Source of the DNA: the human T2T-CHM13v2.0 reference genome, Homo sapiens
Reading direction: 5' to 3' (one strand)
NCBI RefSeq assembly: GCF_009914755.1
Contig: NC_060925.1
Length of the DNA stretch: 64,000 nucleotides
The translations under genes were made by a program, and so were the position numbers. The notes below the pieces were generated by a model that was not told the DNA's origin, searched no databases, and saw only the letters and a list, made by a program, of their open reading frames with translations. Below, one piece after another: positions 1 to 14,509 of the stretch; positions within the stretch are counted from its first letter, which is position 1, and every line of letters begins with the position of its first letter.

Positions 1-150
1 TTGTTGGCGCCTCCCATTGGCCAACCCAACTGGAAGTCAGGTGGTCAGGGAGTGCAGGTGTTTCAGCCCATAGGGGTCAACTTCCTGAGGCACAGAAAGT
101 CAGAGAAGGCTGGTGAATGGACTCCAGTGTAGGGGGCCAGGTGGAGACTT
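1..150. mobile_element. Old ERVL/MaLR-type LTR fragment, cut by the window edge
   Basis: ctcccattggccaacccaactggaagtcag... resembles old ERVL/MaLR LTR consensus; subfamily uncertain. Confidence 0.45.
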
Positions 151-760
151 AACTGGTATTGTTATGTTGGGTGTGTACATTCTCTAGATACAGTACGGTT
201 ATAAAATCCATTCCAGATGCGAGTCCCCTGCATTTCCATTCCATGTGTCCTCCGCCTCCCCCACTTCACTGTACTTACTAGGATCCATCCTGATCTTCAT
301 GAATCATGAAGACTACCTTGGATCTGCTACATATATGAGTCAGACTATTGGCTCTTTGAGAAACTCATTTGCTTTCTGTCCCATAGACATTGGTCAGTAA
401 ATGTATAATGGCGGAAGGGCTGCAATGGGATTAGAGAGAGTTAGTGTTCATCTTTCACTAAGATCTGCTTCCACTCCCAGCTGGCTTCCAGGGAATAAAG
501 CCTCCTCACAGAACACACAGAGGTGGTGCAGAGAAAGCCCTAGGACCACACGAATACCACCAGACCTTGAAATGTGGGAAAAGAGGGCTGTAGGAGGCAA
601 TTCTGAATTTTTGTTGGCATGAATGAGCACATAAAATCACTTAGAGTGTTCAGGAAATTTTTCAGCCCTCTTCATTAGCTATCTTGCCTCCTTCCCCCTC
701 AACTTTATTTTTTGTTTGTTTACTTCTTCTTTCAGGGGACCAGAAAAATCTAAGATGTGC

Positions 761-850
761 TATTTATTTACTCATTCATTCATCCATACATTCCTTCAGT
801 CATTTTTTACTGCAAATATCTATGGTGCCAGGCACTGTGTTAGGCACTGG
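761..850 (-). mobile_element. L2 3' end fragment
   Basis: cattcattcat...tttactg...gtgccaggcactgtgttaggcactgg is the typical reverse-complement L2 tail. Confidence 0.6.
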
Positions 851-873
851 CTTTAGAAGGGTGAAAATTATGA

Positions 874-1239
<366 letters not shown>

Positions 1240-2003
1240 TTAAGGTGTACACACACATTGATTTCCCAAGTCTTATCAGCCTTGGGGGTAAACAAGGGCA
1301 TGAGTGACAAGTGCAATGGTATTTAACTCTGAACACCCACAAGCAGTTGTTAAACTCCAAGCCCCACTGAGAGTCCTAGAGGCAAACACTCCCAAAAGCT
1401 GCAGAGGTTTTCCCACATCATTACCATCATGTGCCAGACAGCCCTGCTGCTGCTGTTGCCTGAGCAGGAAAACCAGGGACAGTGTCTCTGCATTGGGAGC
1501 CTTGGGTGGGCTTATGAAGCAGTTTCTGTTGAATCTCCTGCATCCAGTGCGATTTCCACATTCTCAGAGAAAGCCCTGTGGCCCTAGAATCTCCTTTCAT
1601 CTAGGCTGTCACTCTTTTTCAGTGTCTCAAAGAAAGCACCTACAATTTATTGAATCATTTAGTTATTTTACCTAGAGCAATTTCAGTCAAAATATATATG
1701 ATATGAGACCTTTTCCTGTTTTGCAAAAATATTAGAGCATAGGAAAGTGCTGACTGGGGAAGATGGGGAGGGGAGATTCCTGGGGATTGGAGGACCAAAC
1801 AGAGGAGCCCGAGGGCCAAGACCAAACTTCCTTACTTCACACCCTTACCAGGGGTGGCCCTGCTGGGTTGCAGCAGACAAATAAAGGTTGTGGGCCTTCT
1901 GTGTCCTGTTAGGCAACAATAGTGGGTGCCTTAGGTGGGTGTAAAGTTCTTGATGATTTATGACATGCCAGAACTTGCCTGTGCTTAAAAAAAAGTCCTA
2001 GAC

Positions 2004-2296
2004 GGCCGGGCATGGTGGCTCATGCCTGTAATCCCAGCCAAGGTGGGTGGATCACAAGGTCAGGAGATGGAGACCATCCTGGCTAACACAGTGAAACCCC
2101 GTCTCTACAAAAAATACAAAAAATTGGCCGGGCTTGGTGGCGGGTGCCTGTGGTCTGAGCTACTCAGGAAGCTGAGGCAGGAGAATGGTGTGAACCTGGG
2201 AGGCAGAGGTTGCAGTGAGCCAAGATCACGCCACTGCACTCCAGCCTGGGCGACAGAGCGAGACTCCATCTCAAAAAAAAAAAAAAAAAAAAAAAA
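2004..2296 (+). mobile_element. AluY/Sc-like with a short left-arm deletion
   Basis: ggccgggc start, accatcctggctaacac, poly-A; TSD aaaaaagtcctagac on both sides; lacks actttgggaggc. Confidence 0.93.
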
Positions 2297-3729
2297 GTCC
2301 TAGACAACAGGGGACTGATGTCTAAGACATCAGATATACACTGCCAAACATCAGAACATGAAATTTTTCCTGCTAGATTCCCTCTATAGTTTGTCTGTCC
2401 ACTAAATAAATACATGTTGATCTACTGTGGCAAAGAACTAAGAAATGTGTACAAAACAGCTCATTCTCTCAAAATGCTTAATTTCTAGCCAGAGAGGTGA
2501 TATATGGAAGGATGAGTTTTTTTCCTTCTTGCTCACCATCCTTTCCTCTTTCCAAAGAGTAAATCTCACAAGGCTACAATAATAGAGGAAGGGTTTTTTG
2601 GTTGTGACACCTAGGTCTTGGAAAGGTCCAGCCTTTTCTCATAAGATAACAGGAGATACATCAGTAGGAGGTTAACATCTGCTTTCTGAGAGATCTTATG
2701 ATAATTTTAAATATTCCAAGTGATGGTCAGTCTCCTGGGACTTCTCCTTTCTTCTACTTCAGCACCCAAAGTTCTCCTCTCCACCTCACATTTCAAGAGG
2801 AGAAAGAGTTGAAACAGAAAGTAATTGATAAGGTGTCCTGACGACGTTTAGACACAAGAAGAATCAGGACTTCGGGTGGGTGCTATGGAGAGAAAGGATT
2901 AAAATAAGTGTAGTGGGAGGGAAGAGGAGGAAGATCCAGGGAAGGGGCCCTGCCACTCAAAGCTGTTGCTCTGTGGCAGATCCCAAGGCCTGTGCCCTTG
3001 AGCAAATTAAAAGACAAAGTAGACTAACCACTGGGATCATAAGCATTTGGATTAGAAGGCTTTGGATGATCAGCAGAAATGAAGAGCTGTTTTTATATTC
3101 TTCATGATTCTGGTTGTGTGTTTGACCTGAGAAGACGTGGATCAGATCGTCTTCCCACTCCACCCCACCTCCCACCTTCCTTCACCAGCACAGTCCTGGA
3201 TGACAGAGCCTAGGAAATGAAGAGAGCCACTCTGGGAGCCGACTGATCAACAACTGGAGGGGCACTCTCGTTCGACTGTACCACCTTCCACAAGAAGAGG
3301 GTGGTGCTCAAGTTCCAGACATACACAGAAATATTAAGTAGAACCCATGAAGTGCTTTGCAAGTCCAGAGTAAAGAGATGTTAATTCTTTCTGCTTTGAT
3401 GAAAGATAGGTTTGATGGAGGAAGTGGCATTAAAAGGGAGCTTTAAAGGACAGCCGTAATCTTAAGTTCGTGGAGACATAAGGGGAGGAAATTCCAAGCA
3501 GAGGGAGCAGAGGTGAAATGGGAATGGAAATGAGATGTGTTGTCTTTATGTATCATGGGCATCATGGGATATCATGTGGAAAATCAGTGTGATTATTTAT
3601 CTCTACAATGCTGACCTCTTTATACCTTTGTAATAATAACATTGGCAGGAACTTACATAAAATCCCAACTGGAACCAAATATTCATTTCTTATTTTAACT
3701 AAACCACAGATGAGATCAAACCAAACCCG

Positions 3730-3731
<2 letters not shown>

Positions 3732-3770
<39 letters not shown>
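3732..3770. repeat. (CA)n microsatellite, about 19 units
   Basis: Pure AC run. Confidence 0.98.
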
Positions 3771-3774
<4 letters not shown>

Positions 3775-3989
3775 TGTTGATAAGAAACGTATATTTTTGA
3801 ATCCTAAATTATTTTCCTGTTCTAAATATAATACCAAATTTATTCAGTAATCTGAGTTTGTAAACCTCCTTATTAGCACACAGATTTCAGTGAGCTGGGG
3901 CTATATATAATGATACTGATTTCTGCATGTAGTGTGTGGAATTAATTGTCATAATTAAACCTCTGTACATTGCTATATCCACAGGCTAT

Positions 3990-4545
3990 CAGTCAGAGTC
4001 CATAATTGAAAACACAGTCACCTGCTTAGCTAGGTTAAGCAGAAAGAGACTATACTATGGGATGTTAGGTATCACACACTCCCTGGGAAGTCCAGAAGGT
4101 CAGGACTGGAAGCTACACAGTCAAGTGTATCACTCATCATAGGACTGAATCTGCAAAGACCACACAGAGCAGCACTGCAGAGCCCACTGGTGATGCTGGG
4201 CACTGTACATCAGAATCTCTGCCTCTGCTCTCTAGAAAAGCAGACACACTGTCACTCTGTCTGCCAAAACATGGGTCCCATGTGTTCCTGCTCTTCCTGT
4301 TGCTTCTTTCCAAATGTAAGTCTTATCAATATAAGGCTTGGATACATCAGCTCTAATGTACTTGGTCCACCCGATGGGCAGAGTCTAGGAGGCATGCCTG
4401 CCCCCTACATCTGCACTGGAATCTGGAGAAATGAATCCTGACTTCCGACTTGGAAAGTGCAAGTCCGTAATGTGGGAAGAGGCCCAAACATAAGATGTTG
4501 AAACAATGCAGGGTGGCCACAAAGCCTGACAGAACTCCACTATAC
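3990..4545. mobile_element. Old MLT1-type LTR (late MLT1 subfamily)
   Basis: Degenerate similarity to MLT1 LTRs and to the element at 57578-58250. Confidence 0.35.
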
Positions 4546-5063
4546 CAGGTGCCATGGTGCTACATCAATCCATTTTATTTTTCTGTGTTCAATTTGTTTA
4601 GCACATAGGAGATTTCTGTTTTGGGCAATATCATGAACAAAAGAGCCTGAGAAAATATCCCACTGTAAGACATTTAGAAATGCTGAATAAAATATGTCAA
4701 AACTCCTCTGAAAGGCAAAATCTTCACAAAAATGGTAGTGAAATGATACCAAAATGAAACTGAAGCTGGAAAACTTAGTGAAGAGCTGACTCTGAAGCTG
4801 TAGACATCCTTTGGAAATGTTCTAATGTTTGTAACCCAGACTTTGGGGTTTAATGGTGTAAGGAGTAAAGTTAAAGCCTCAGGCCCTTAGAAAGGTAGGA
4901 GTTGGAACAGAGACCCTCATATAATGTTGACATAGTCAAAAAGCCTCAGTGAAAGAGTATCTACAGGAAAACTGCTCAAAGCGAAGGGACACATTGAGGG
5001 AATTTTTGTCAGTGTGCATTGAAGCTGTCTAGAAAAAAAGTCTCCCCTAAAACTGAATTTGTG

Positions 5064-5408
<345 letters not shown>

Positions 5409-5651
5409 TTATCTTTGTAGCTCAAGAGGGTATAAGCTGAAAATTTTACTGAGGTGCCTCCAGGTTTGTAATATGCATGGTGACAGGTAGAAGCAAACAT
5501 CAATTGCCTCTAGAAGGCATATTCTTAATCCAGGTCTCTCAGGAATCCCACAAATGAAGTCCAGCCAAATTTAAGATCACCTCATGAAATTGTAAAAGGC
5601 CTAAGAAAACAAGACATCCCTAGGCAAGAGTCAATAAAAAAATAATCAAAT

Positions 5652-5945
<294 letters not shown>

Positions 5946-5965
5946 TCAAAATAGGTCACCTATGA

Positions 5966-6424
5966 TAGGGGTCCCCAACACTTGGGCCACTGCACAGCAA
6001 GAGGTAACCAGCAGGTGAATGAGCATTACCACCTGAGTTCTGCCTCCTGTCAGATCAGCAGTAGCATTAGATTCTCATAGGAGGGCGAGCCCTGTTGTGA
6101 ACTGTGAACGCGAGGGATCTAGGCTGTCTGCTCCTTATAAGAATCTAATGCCTGTTGATCTGTCACTGTCTCCCATCACCCCCAGATGGGACTGTCTCAT
6201 TGCAGAAAAACAAGCTCAGGGCTCCCACTGATTCTACATTATGATGAGATGTATAATTTGTTTCATTATATATTACAATGTAATAATAATAGAAATAAGG
6301 TGCACAATAAATATAACGCACTTGAATCATCCTGAAACCATCACCCCGCCCCAACTGCCCTGTCTGTGGAAAGATTGTCTTCCACAAAACCAGTCCCTGG
6401 TGCCAAAAAGTTTGGGGACTGCTA
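5966..6424 (+). mobile_element. MER1A (hAT-Charlie DNA transposon)
   Basis: Terminal repeats aggggtccccaa ... ttggggactgct; internal cctcctgtcagatcagcag...attctcatagga shared with MER1B at 23737. Confidence 0.88.
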
Positions 6425-6667
6425 ATCTACAACATCAGATAGTTTAAAGTGTTAAAAGAAAGGGGAAAAAAGAAATGGAAAACATGAGCAAGAAAACAGA
6501 TATCATCAAAAAAGGAAGGATTATACAATAGATTCTACATGGCTAAAGAGAGATTTAGGAAACTGAAATACATTTGCCCAGAATGAAAAAAGGTAGAGAC
6601 AGAAATATGAGAGATATAAAATGGAAGTTAACAGACATGGGAAACAGAATGTCTGACATCTTAATTA

Positions 6668-7108
<441 letters not shown>

Positions 7109-7511
7109 TTAAAGGTACTTTAGATTTGGGCAGATGGAGATAAAAATGCCAGGTTTATTACTGATGTAACTAGTGAATAAATAGGCATTAATTGTAGCCT
7201 TCCTAACACTGAACTTCAGAATTCAGCAAATTTCCCCAACCCATCACTGGCAGCACTTGACAACTGAAGCCCCATCCCCTGTCTCCCATCCTCCATAGGA
7301 TGTGCCCTGAAAACCTTAAGCAAAGAGGAACACAGAGAAAAGTGTACGCCCTGCAGCCAACTCCCAAAGAGGAAGAGGACCGCAGACTTAGCTGAGCATG
7401 CTCAGATACCCTCCCCAACCTCACTGTTGAATAGGTCATCTCCTCACCCCAGGGAGGAGAGAGAATAGACAGAGAGAGACCAGGAGTGTTGGTTTCAAAG
7501 GATCTCCTCCT

Positions 7512-7816
7512 GAAGCTGCTTAATGGGTACAAAGATACAGTTAGAGAGAAGGAATAAATTCTAATGAATCTCTCTGATAGCAGAGTGACTAAAGTTAACA
7601 ACAGTGTATTGTATTTTTCAAATAGCTAGAAGACTTGAAATGTACCCAACATATAGAAATGATAAATACTTGGGTGACTGATACCCTAAATACCCTGACT
7701 TGGTCATTACAGATTCCATGAATGTAACAAAATCTTACCTGTGCCCCATAAATATGTACCAATATAATGTATCAACAAAATTCTGCTCCTTAAAGACAAA
7801 AAAAAAAAAAAACAGC
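7512..7816 (+). mobile_element. L1MA 3' end, 5'-truncated
   Basis: gggtacaaagatacagttag...taaataccctgacttggtcattac; poly-A; TSD aaag(g/a)atctcctcct at 7497-7511 and 7817-7831. Confidence 0.85.
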
Positions 7817-8359
7817 AAAGAATCTCCTCCTATCAGAGGAGAGGTATTACTCAAAAAGATTGTACATACGAATTTTCAAATTCCTTAGATCAAGGAAGTG
7901 TTAATAAATGCTTAGCAAGATAAATAAAAAATAATCTATACCTAGACACCCTGTAGTAAAACTGCAGAACACCAAAGACAAAAAGAATGTAAAAGTAGTG
8001 AGAGGCTAAAAGAAGGTTACCTGTTAACGACTGTCAGAGGACTTACCAACAGCAAGAATGTAAACCAGAAGACAATAGAACAAGATCTTCAAACTGCTAA
8101 CAGAAAATAGCTGTCAACTTAGAACTGTACCCAGCAAAAAATTATTTTTTAAGAAAAAAGAAAAAAATGAAGACATTCTTCTGACCAGAAAAAAAAAACA
8201 AAACCCTGAGAACTTCTTACTATAGAAACTTCTGAAATGCATTCATTTCAGAAAGAAGCAAAAATATACAAGTGGAAGTCAGAGATGGAAGATGAAACAA
8301 AATATAAGGGGCTTCTTCAACTGTCCAACTTTTCTAATTTATGTCCCTTGTGTAGATCC

Positions 8360-8990
8360 CCTGCCTTAATTTTGTGAACTCGTTGTTCAGAGTTTGGGGT
8401 GAAATCTGTGATTCATCATCTTCATTCTGGATCTCTATAGAGCCCAAAGAAGGATGAAGGTGCTGCCACCTTTTTGGAAGGTGCAAGTCCAGGGTGTTAA
8501 GGGTGAGGAAAAAGGAGATGAGACCAAAAAAATGAGAAGTCATATGATGTGATGCATCACCAAGGTGTGCAAATCTTTCAAGCCATAAAGAAAACAGCAG
8601 ACTGCTCAGGTAGGATGTCCTCTGGAAATGTTACAAGAAAAATCCAGGCCTCTGTGTATTGTATTGAAGGCAGAAAGGAAGAGAAAATTGTTTCTTCTTC
8701 ACTCTGGCCATCTCCTGCTGCCCAATGGTCAAGATTTACCCCATGCAGAAATCATTCCACTGCATCTGAGTGGCATCACCAGGTGCTCAGAGGCTGTCAG
8801 AAAGCAAGTTCAAGCTTCATGGTGTATCATTTCATTCAAGTTCCAGAAGTGAAAATGAGACTTGGTGCAAATAAGTCTTGGTATGTGAGATGTGAAAACC
8901 ATGCCTGGGGATCTTGGTAGAGTGCCAGCAGTTTGGGGCTGGTGATGCTGCCATCAGTGTGGCAGGCAATCAAGGGGCTCTGAGAAGGGA
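8360..8990 (+). mobile_element. Probable degenerate RTE-clade LINE remnant (region C-terminal to the RT core)
   Basis: Ordered frameshifted peptide traces QRRMK/FGRCKSRVL, SGHLL..DLP, RGCQK/KFK, SVWQAIKG resemble RTE motifs AFGRL, WAGHV..RLPK, RGGQxKRFKD, WRxAI. Confidence 0.45.
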
Positions 8991-9175
8991 CACAAGGTCT
9001 GAGACTCATAGGTTCCTGAAACAGCTTTTCTCTCCGTGGAGCTAACTGATCTGCCTAAGATTAACCTGTGCTTTGGCCTTCTTAGAACTATTCTCTAACC
9101 AATGAACTAACTAACCCAGATTCAAAATTATTTTCATTAAAAATTGAAGGAAAAATCAACCACCTATCCAATCTA

Positions 9176-9530
9176 ATCAAGATAGGATAGACTACACTGT
9201 GGTAACAAACAACCCCAAAATCTCGTGACTTAACACAGCAAAAGTTGCTTTTTACTCAGGCAACATCCATTGAGTTCCGGGGTGACTTTCAGAGCAACTG
9301 TCCTCACAAGCTGCGTCCACCATCCAGGCTGTGGAGGCTCCATCTGAGCTTGTGGTCTCCTTGGTGAGTGTGGCAGGAGAAGGGGAGGCTGGGGAATCAT
9401 GTGCCCGCTCTGAAAAGCCTCCTCCTGGAAGTGACACAGGCCACTTTGGCTCACAGCATAGCTCAAAGATAATCCTATGTCTCCAACTTCCAAAGAGTAT
9501 GAATGCATAATCTTCCTTTCATCTGGACTA
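9176..9530 (-). mobile_element. MLT1 (J/K/L-type) MaLR LTR
   Basis: ctgtggtaacaaacaaccccaaaatctc...ttaacacagcaaaagtt...ggaagtgacaca pattern. Confidence 0.65.
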
Positions 9531-11370
9531 GGAGGAGACCCCTAAAAACACAAGTAATGTTTTCCTGAAACATTTTTTAGAAATAGGGTTTATGTTGAGA
9601 AGATAAATTTAATCACTAAAATATTATCTCCTTTATTCTTATTCTTCTCCATATTTCTATTCTGTACACATAAGTGTATTCAGCTTAAGTATAAATGTCA
9701 GGAAGATTTAAATTTATTTTCTGTGATAATACCATCATTTTGGAACTATCCTAATGAGAAGTCCTATATTTGATTTTACTTACAGAACGTTTGGTAGAGT
9801 CGGTGACATTGAAATTGGCTTAGAACAAACAGGTTGTTTTAGAACTGAAAAGGACCTTAGCATTTCACTCCTACAAAAATATGTTTTCAGAAACATCTGG
9901 AGAAATCTATACTGTCAAAGTAAGAGTTTGCTTTTAACATATCAGTCACTACCCCTGCTGGCACTGCATCAGCGTCATTGTTCTGTCCTTTCCTCTGCCT
10001 CAGCCCTAACGCAGACCCTCATCATCTCTCCCTGGGCCAGCTAGCTGCCTTTTGATGGTCTCTGTGCCTCTCCAGTACCCATCCGACCCATGTCCCATGC
10101 TGAGGCCACAAGTCTGATCTATATTCAGTCTGTGGTTTTAAAATTTAGACATTGTCCTATTTTCTCACTATTTCCTAAGTGTATTTCGTTTCTCTTCCAC
10201 TACTGAAAGCTTCTGGGGACGAGAACCATTTCACAAAACGTTGCATGTTTTCTCCCCCCCTCCTTTCCCTCCTCTTCCAGCACCTGGTCCTGAACACTGT
10301 GTGTTCACAGTGCACTCAATAAATACTTGTTGCATTGAATTCCCTAAACCATACTAATTATTCATTCAGCTCAAGTCCCTGTGTCTATGTAGAATGATGG
10401 ATTTCAGACACAAGGACTGAGGGTCAATTCAAATCCCTCGAGGGCCTATTGGCATCACCGTTGCGCACCACCTTCTCCTTTCACACTGGTAAACAGAGGG
10501 CGCAGGATTACGCCGCCCCGCACTCCTAAGCAGCTGTCCCGCATTTTGTGCCATCCCTAGAATTAGTCCTAGTGGCGCCACGAAAATAAACCCATTTTTT
10601 TCCCCAAATTCTGCCAACAAAAGGGCCAATGAATGTCAAATTAATGACTCATTGAAAGTCCACTGCATCCTGTTTCTGACTTCTTGGAGGAAGTAGACCC
10701 CAAGATTTCCGAGAACATTCTTAGTAATTTCTCCACCAAGCACTCCTTTCAGATGCTTACAAGAGTGACAATGTCTCCATTATTATAAGCCTGAGACTCA
10801 AAGACATCCTGGAGTGTGATATTTGAGTATTGTCAATCTGTTTCTAGTTCTAAGTGCAAATGGTCACAGTTTGGAGTCGTGCCATAGGCCTCACCTTTTT
10901 GCTTGTTCTTATGTAACGGGATCTTGCAGGTACAAACAAGAAAGATGCATTACATAACAGGAGAAGATGTTTCTAATTGTTGAGATCGATTTTAATACTG
11001 CGTCAAATAAACTGGCAAAATAACAGTGCCATGTGTACTGAGAGCACAATAAGTAAAAGAAAAAACTATACAAGTCACAGCACATACAAACGGCTGATGC
11101 TAAAACATGTTCAGTGAATCACTGTGCCCAGCAGGGACAAGCAGGAACTTCTAAGAAGATGCCAGAATCTTCCAAGTATTGGGTAATTCCACACAAATTG
11201 TCTGCCCTGATCATGGTGTAAACCGTGGATTATTCAGAATTCTTTATAATGCTGTGGACTGAGTTCCAAATCTTAGTTTTCAAAAGCGAAATTTGAGACA
11301 GGATGTACGTACCAATAACTTAAATGAGACAAGAAATCACTTTGGGGAAGCTGATAAACACATCCCTTCA

Positions 11371-11666
11371 GGCTGGAAGTGCAGGCTCAGGCCTGTAATT
11401 TCAGCGCTTTGGGAGACCAATGCAGGAGGATCGCTTGGGCCCAGGAGTTTGAGACCAGCCTGGGCAGTACAGTGAGACAACGTCTCTACAAAAAATAAAA
11501 AAATTACCCGGGCGCAGTGGCGAGTGCCTGCAGTACTAGCTACTTGGGAGGATGCGGTGGGAAGATGACCTGAGCCCAGCAGGTTGAAGCTACAGTGAGC
11601 CGTGATCACATCACTGCACTCAAACCCAGGAGACAGAGCAAGACCCTGTCTCCGAAAAAAAAAAAA
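11371..11666 (+). mobile_element. AluJ
   Basis: ggaggatcgcttgggcccaggagttt; A-tail; TSD-like atccctt. Confidence 0.92.
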
Positions 11667-12645
11667 GAGAGAGATCCCTTTAGCTAAATATGTCTGCACT
11701 ATGATTGTGCAAACTTGCATATTTTACTAATAGTTTAATAAATTCAATAAAATCATTGTGGCAACATACAGCAACGATGTTACCAGACTAACGACAGCAG
11801 CTAGTGTCAGAGATAAAACTGAAACGTGTGAAATCGAAATGAAAACCAAAGTTAGATTTACTGTTTTTAAAACTGAATATGCCTCTATCAGAAACAAGAA
11901 GTTACATGAAACTTTGTAAAATGTCATAGATCAAAATATCCTAATATAAAAACTTACTGGATAACTGATAAGTATTTTCTTCCAAATAGTGGAGATTTAT
12001 TATCTGAGAAATCAATTTATTCATACTCTCCACATAGAATGCTAACCAATTAAGGAATGACAGCAGTTATTAGAGTTTCCTAATGATTCGACTTTGAAAC
12101 AGAAGACACTCTACTATTCCCCTTTTGAGACTCTAGAGTAATTAATAAGAGAATTGTTAGATTTTTAAGCAAGCTATCCTTTAAAAACATGTGTTTGTTA
12201 ACTTCTATTCATCATAATTAGGATTTTCTCAATGTTATACCTTCAAAACCAAACACAGAAATCAACTGGCTAACATGAGACTCAAACTGTTATCCACAAC
12301 CTCTGACTTAAAGTTATTGTGCTCATCAAAACAGCCTCATTTTTAACTGATAGACTTCAAAATAAATAAATGGCATACACTTGAAATAACAAACTTAAAC
12401 CAGTAAAATATTAGGGAATCTGTCCAAGATTTTAGAGTTGATAAAATTTATTTATTGCTAAGAAAAAAATGTTAAAACCAGTGGAATAAACTTTAGTTAT
12501 GAGGTGTTTGGGGTTCTAGAATTCTAGGATATCATCATGGTAGCGGGGGCACTCTCTCTGTGTGTAAATAATTGTAATTAATTGTAGATCTGCAGAGTTC
12601 AAAAACTGCATGATAAAATGACATTTGCTTTAGCTAGGACACTGT

Positions 12646-12726
12646 TGTATTCAGTACAATTCTGTATTCAGGACAATTCAATTCAATTCTATTCTATTCA
12701 GTACAATTTTGTATTCAGGACAATTC
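12646..12726. repeat. Short 17-bp tandem repeat tgtattcag(t/g)acaattc
   Basis: About 4 units interrupted by (aattc/tattc)n. Confidence 0.8.
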
Positions 12727-13361
12727 TATGATATAGTAAACAGCCTTCTAGGACTAGTTGGAGCGTGAGCCATAAGCCACAGGGCCAAGGATTTGTCTTG
12801 AGTTACGAGTGAACAATGATAACTGAGTAAACAGCCTCCCTAATTTTGTATAGAATTATTCATGGAGGCTGCAATGCAGGCATTGTGAGGAAAGGTGAAA
12901 CTAGGGGAATCATTCTTCAGCCTTCAGCCCCGGACGGTGTCACTGTGAACAAAAGCAAACCAAAGGCATATCTATGGAGTAAAGCCACTGGGAGTCACCC
13001 ACTGGGGAACCCACTCAATGCTGATTACACTGATGTGGTTTCTCTTGGTAAGGGACCCATCAAAGGGTTTTACCCAGAGCCAGGGAAGCTGCATGGCCTC
13101 TTGCCGATAATCACACATGAAGAGTAGCAGGAATTTCTATGTGGCTAAGATAAAGTACGTGAAGAAATGCTTAAAAACTGCTTGGAGTAGAACACAATTT
13201 ACTTTAATGCAAAAGCAGTGCCCAGGAAGCTGAGTGAGATGTAAAGGCAGAAGTCTAAAAGGGAGAAAACTCAGTAGGCAAAAATCACTAAATGATTTCT
13301 ACAAAATCATTTCCTGAGCACCCACTTTGGTATATAATATGCTTTAAGCTTTTCACTACTC

Positions 13362-13747
<386 letters not shown>

Positions 13748-13886
13748 TCACATGAAGAGTAAAGGACCCCCTGTGAGATTTGAACTCAGATCTTATGACT
13801 GATGGCAAGTCCAGGCAAGGGTCTTTCCAGGTCACTCAGCACTTTTCTGATACATTGTAAGGAAATTTGCAAAGACTTTCAATGCC

Positions 13887-14448
13887 TGTGTGGAAAGCCT
13901 CTGAGTACCTGCTGAATGTTAATACTCTGGGCAAGGCCCGTGACTGCCATCCTTGGAATGACCTACTTTGCAAGGTTGGCCATTGGTTGGCATCTGGGAA
14001 TTTGAATTGTAAACAGTTCCCTAGACTGATATAAAACTTTTCTTAAATGACAAGAGTGGCTCACTGTGCCTAAACTGTTTGCTATGCTGAACATCTGATT
14101 TTCTTCTGGGAGTCTGGAATTTTCCTACTTGTTAGGCATAGACTGTCTACATGACCAGCCTCCAGTAAAAATCTTGAACACTGGGTCTCTAATGAGCATC
14201 CCTAGTAGACAACATTTCACATGTGTTGTTACAAGTCACTGCTGGAGGAATTAGATGTCCCTTGTGTGACTCTACTGGGAGACTCTCAGAAGATCATGCC
14301 TGCTTTCCTCTGAACTTTGCTCCTTTTCCCTCTGCTGATTTTACTTTTCATCCTTTTGCTGTAATAAATGATAGCATGAGTACAACTATATGCTGAGTCT
14401 TCGTAGCAAATCATCAAACCTGGGGGTAGTCTTGGGGGCCCCAGTACA
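13887..14448 (+). mobile_element. MER68-family solo LTR (ERVL)
   Basis: TG...CA ends; aagagtggctcactgtgcctaaactgttt; AATAAA; TSD atgcc/ctgcc. Confidence 0.85.
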
Positions 14449-14509
14449 CTGCCTCAAAAATAGCAAATGTAATAGTGATGAATTTCAAGTCATTGACATT
14501 TTCTTTCAT

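Noticed and set aside
7392-7405. Perfect 14-bp palindrome ctgagcatgctcag containing a p53 half-site
   Set aside because: The adjacent half-site lacks the essential G, and palindromes of this length are expected by chance in 64 kb.
8560-8665. Minus-strand peptide FLVTFPEDIL...KICTP faintly resembling an E2 ubiquitin-conjugating enzyme
   Set aside because: No HPN motif or catalytic Cys context; the plus-strand RTE reading explains more of the segment.
10565-10582. cctagtggcgcc as a CTCF site
   Set aside because: Only the 3' half fits; several mismatches in the CCASYAG core.
12646-12726. Spaced 17-bp repeats as a possible CRISPR-like array
   Set aside because: No unique spacers, eukaryotic context, no cas genes; a simple tandem repeat.
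12846-13127. 93-aa ORF with protein-like composition
   Set aside because: Non-ATG start, no recognisable family, no convincing splice-site pair; length expected by chance.
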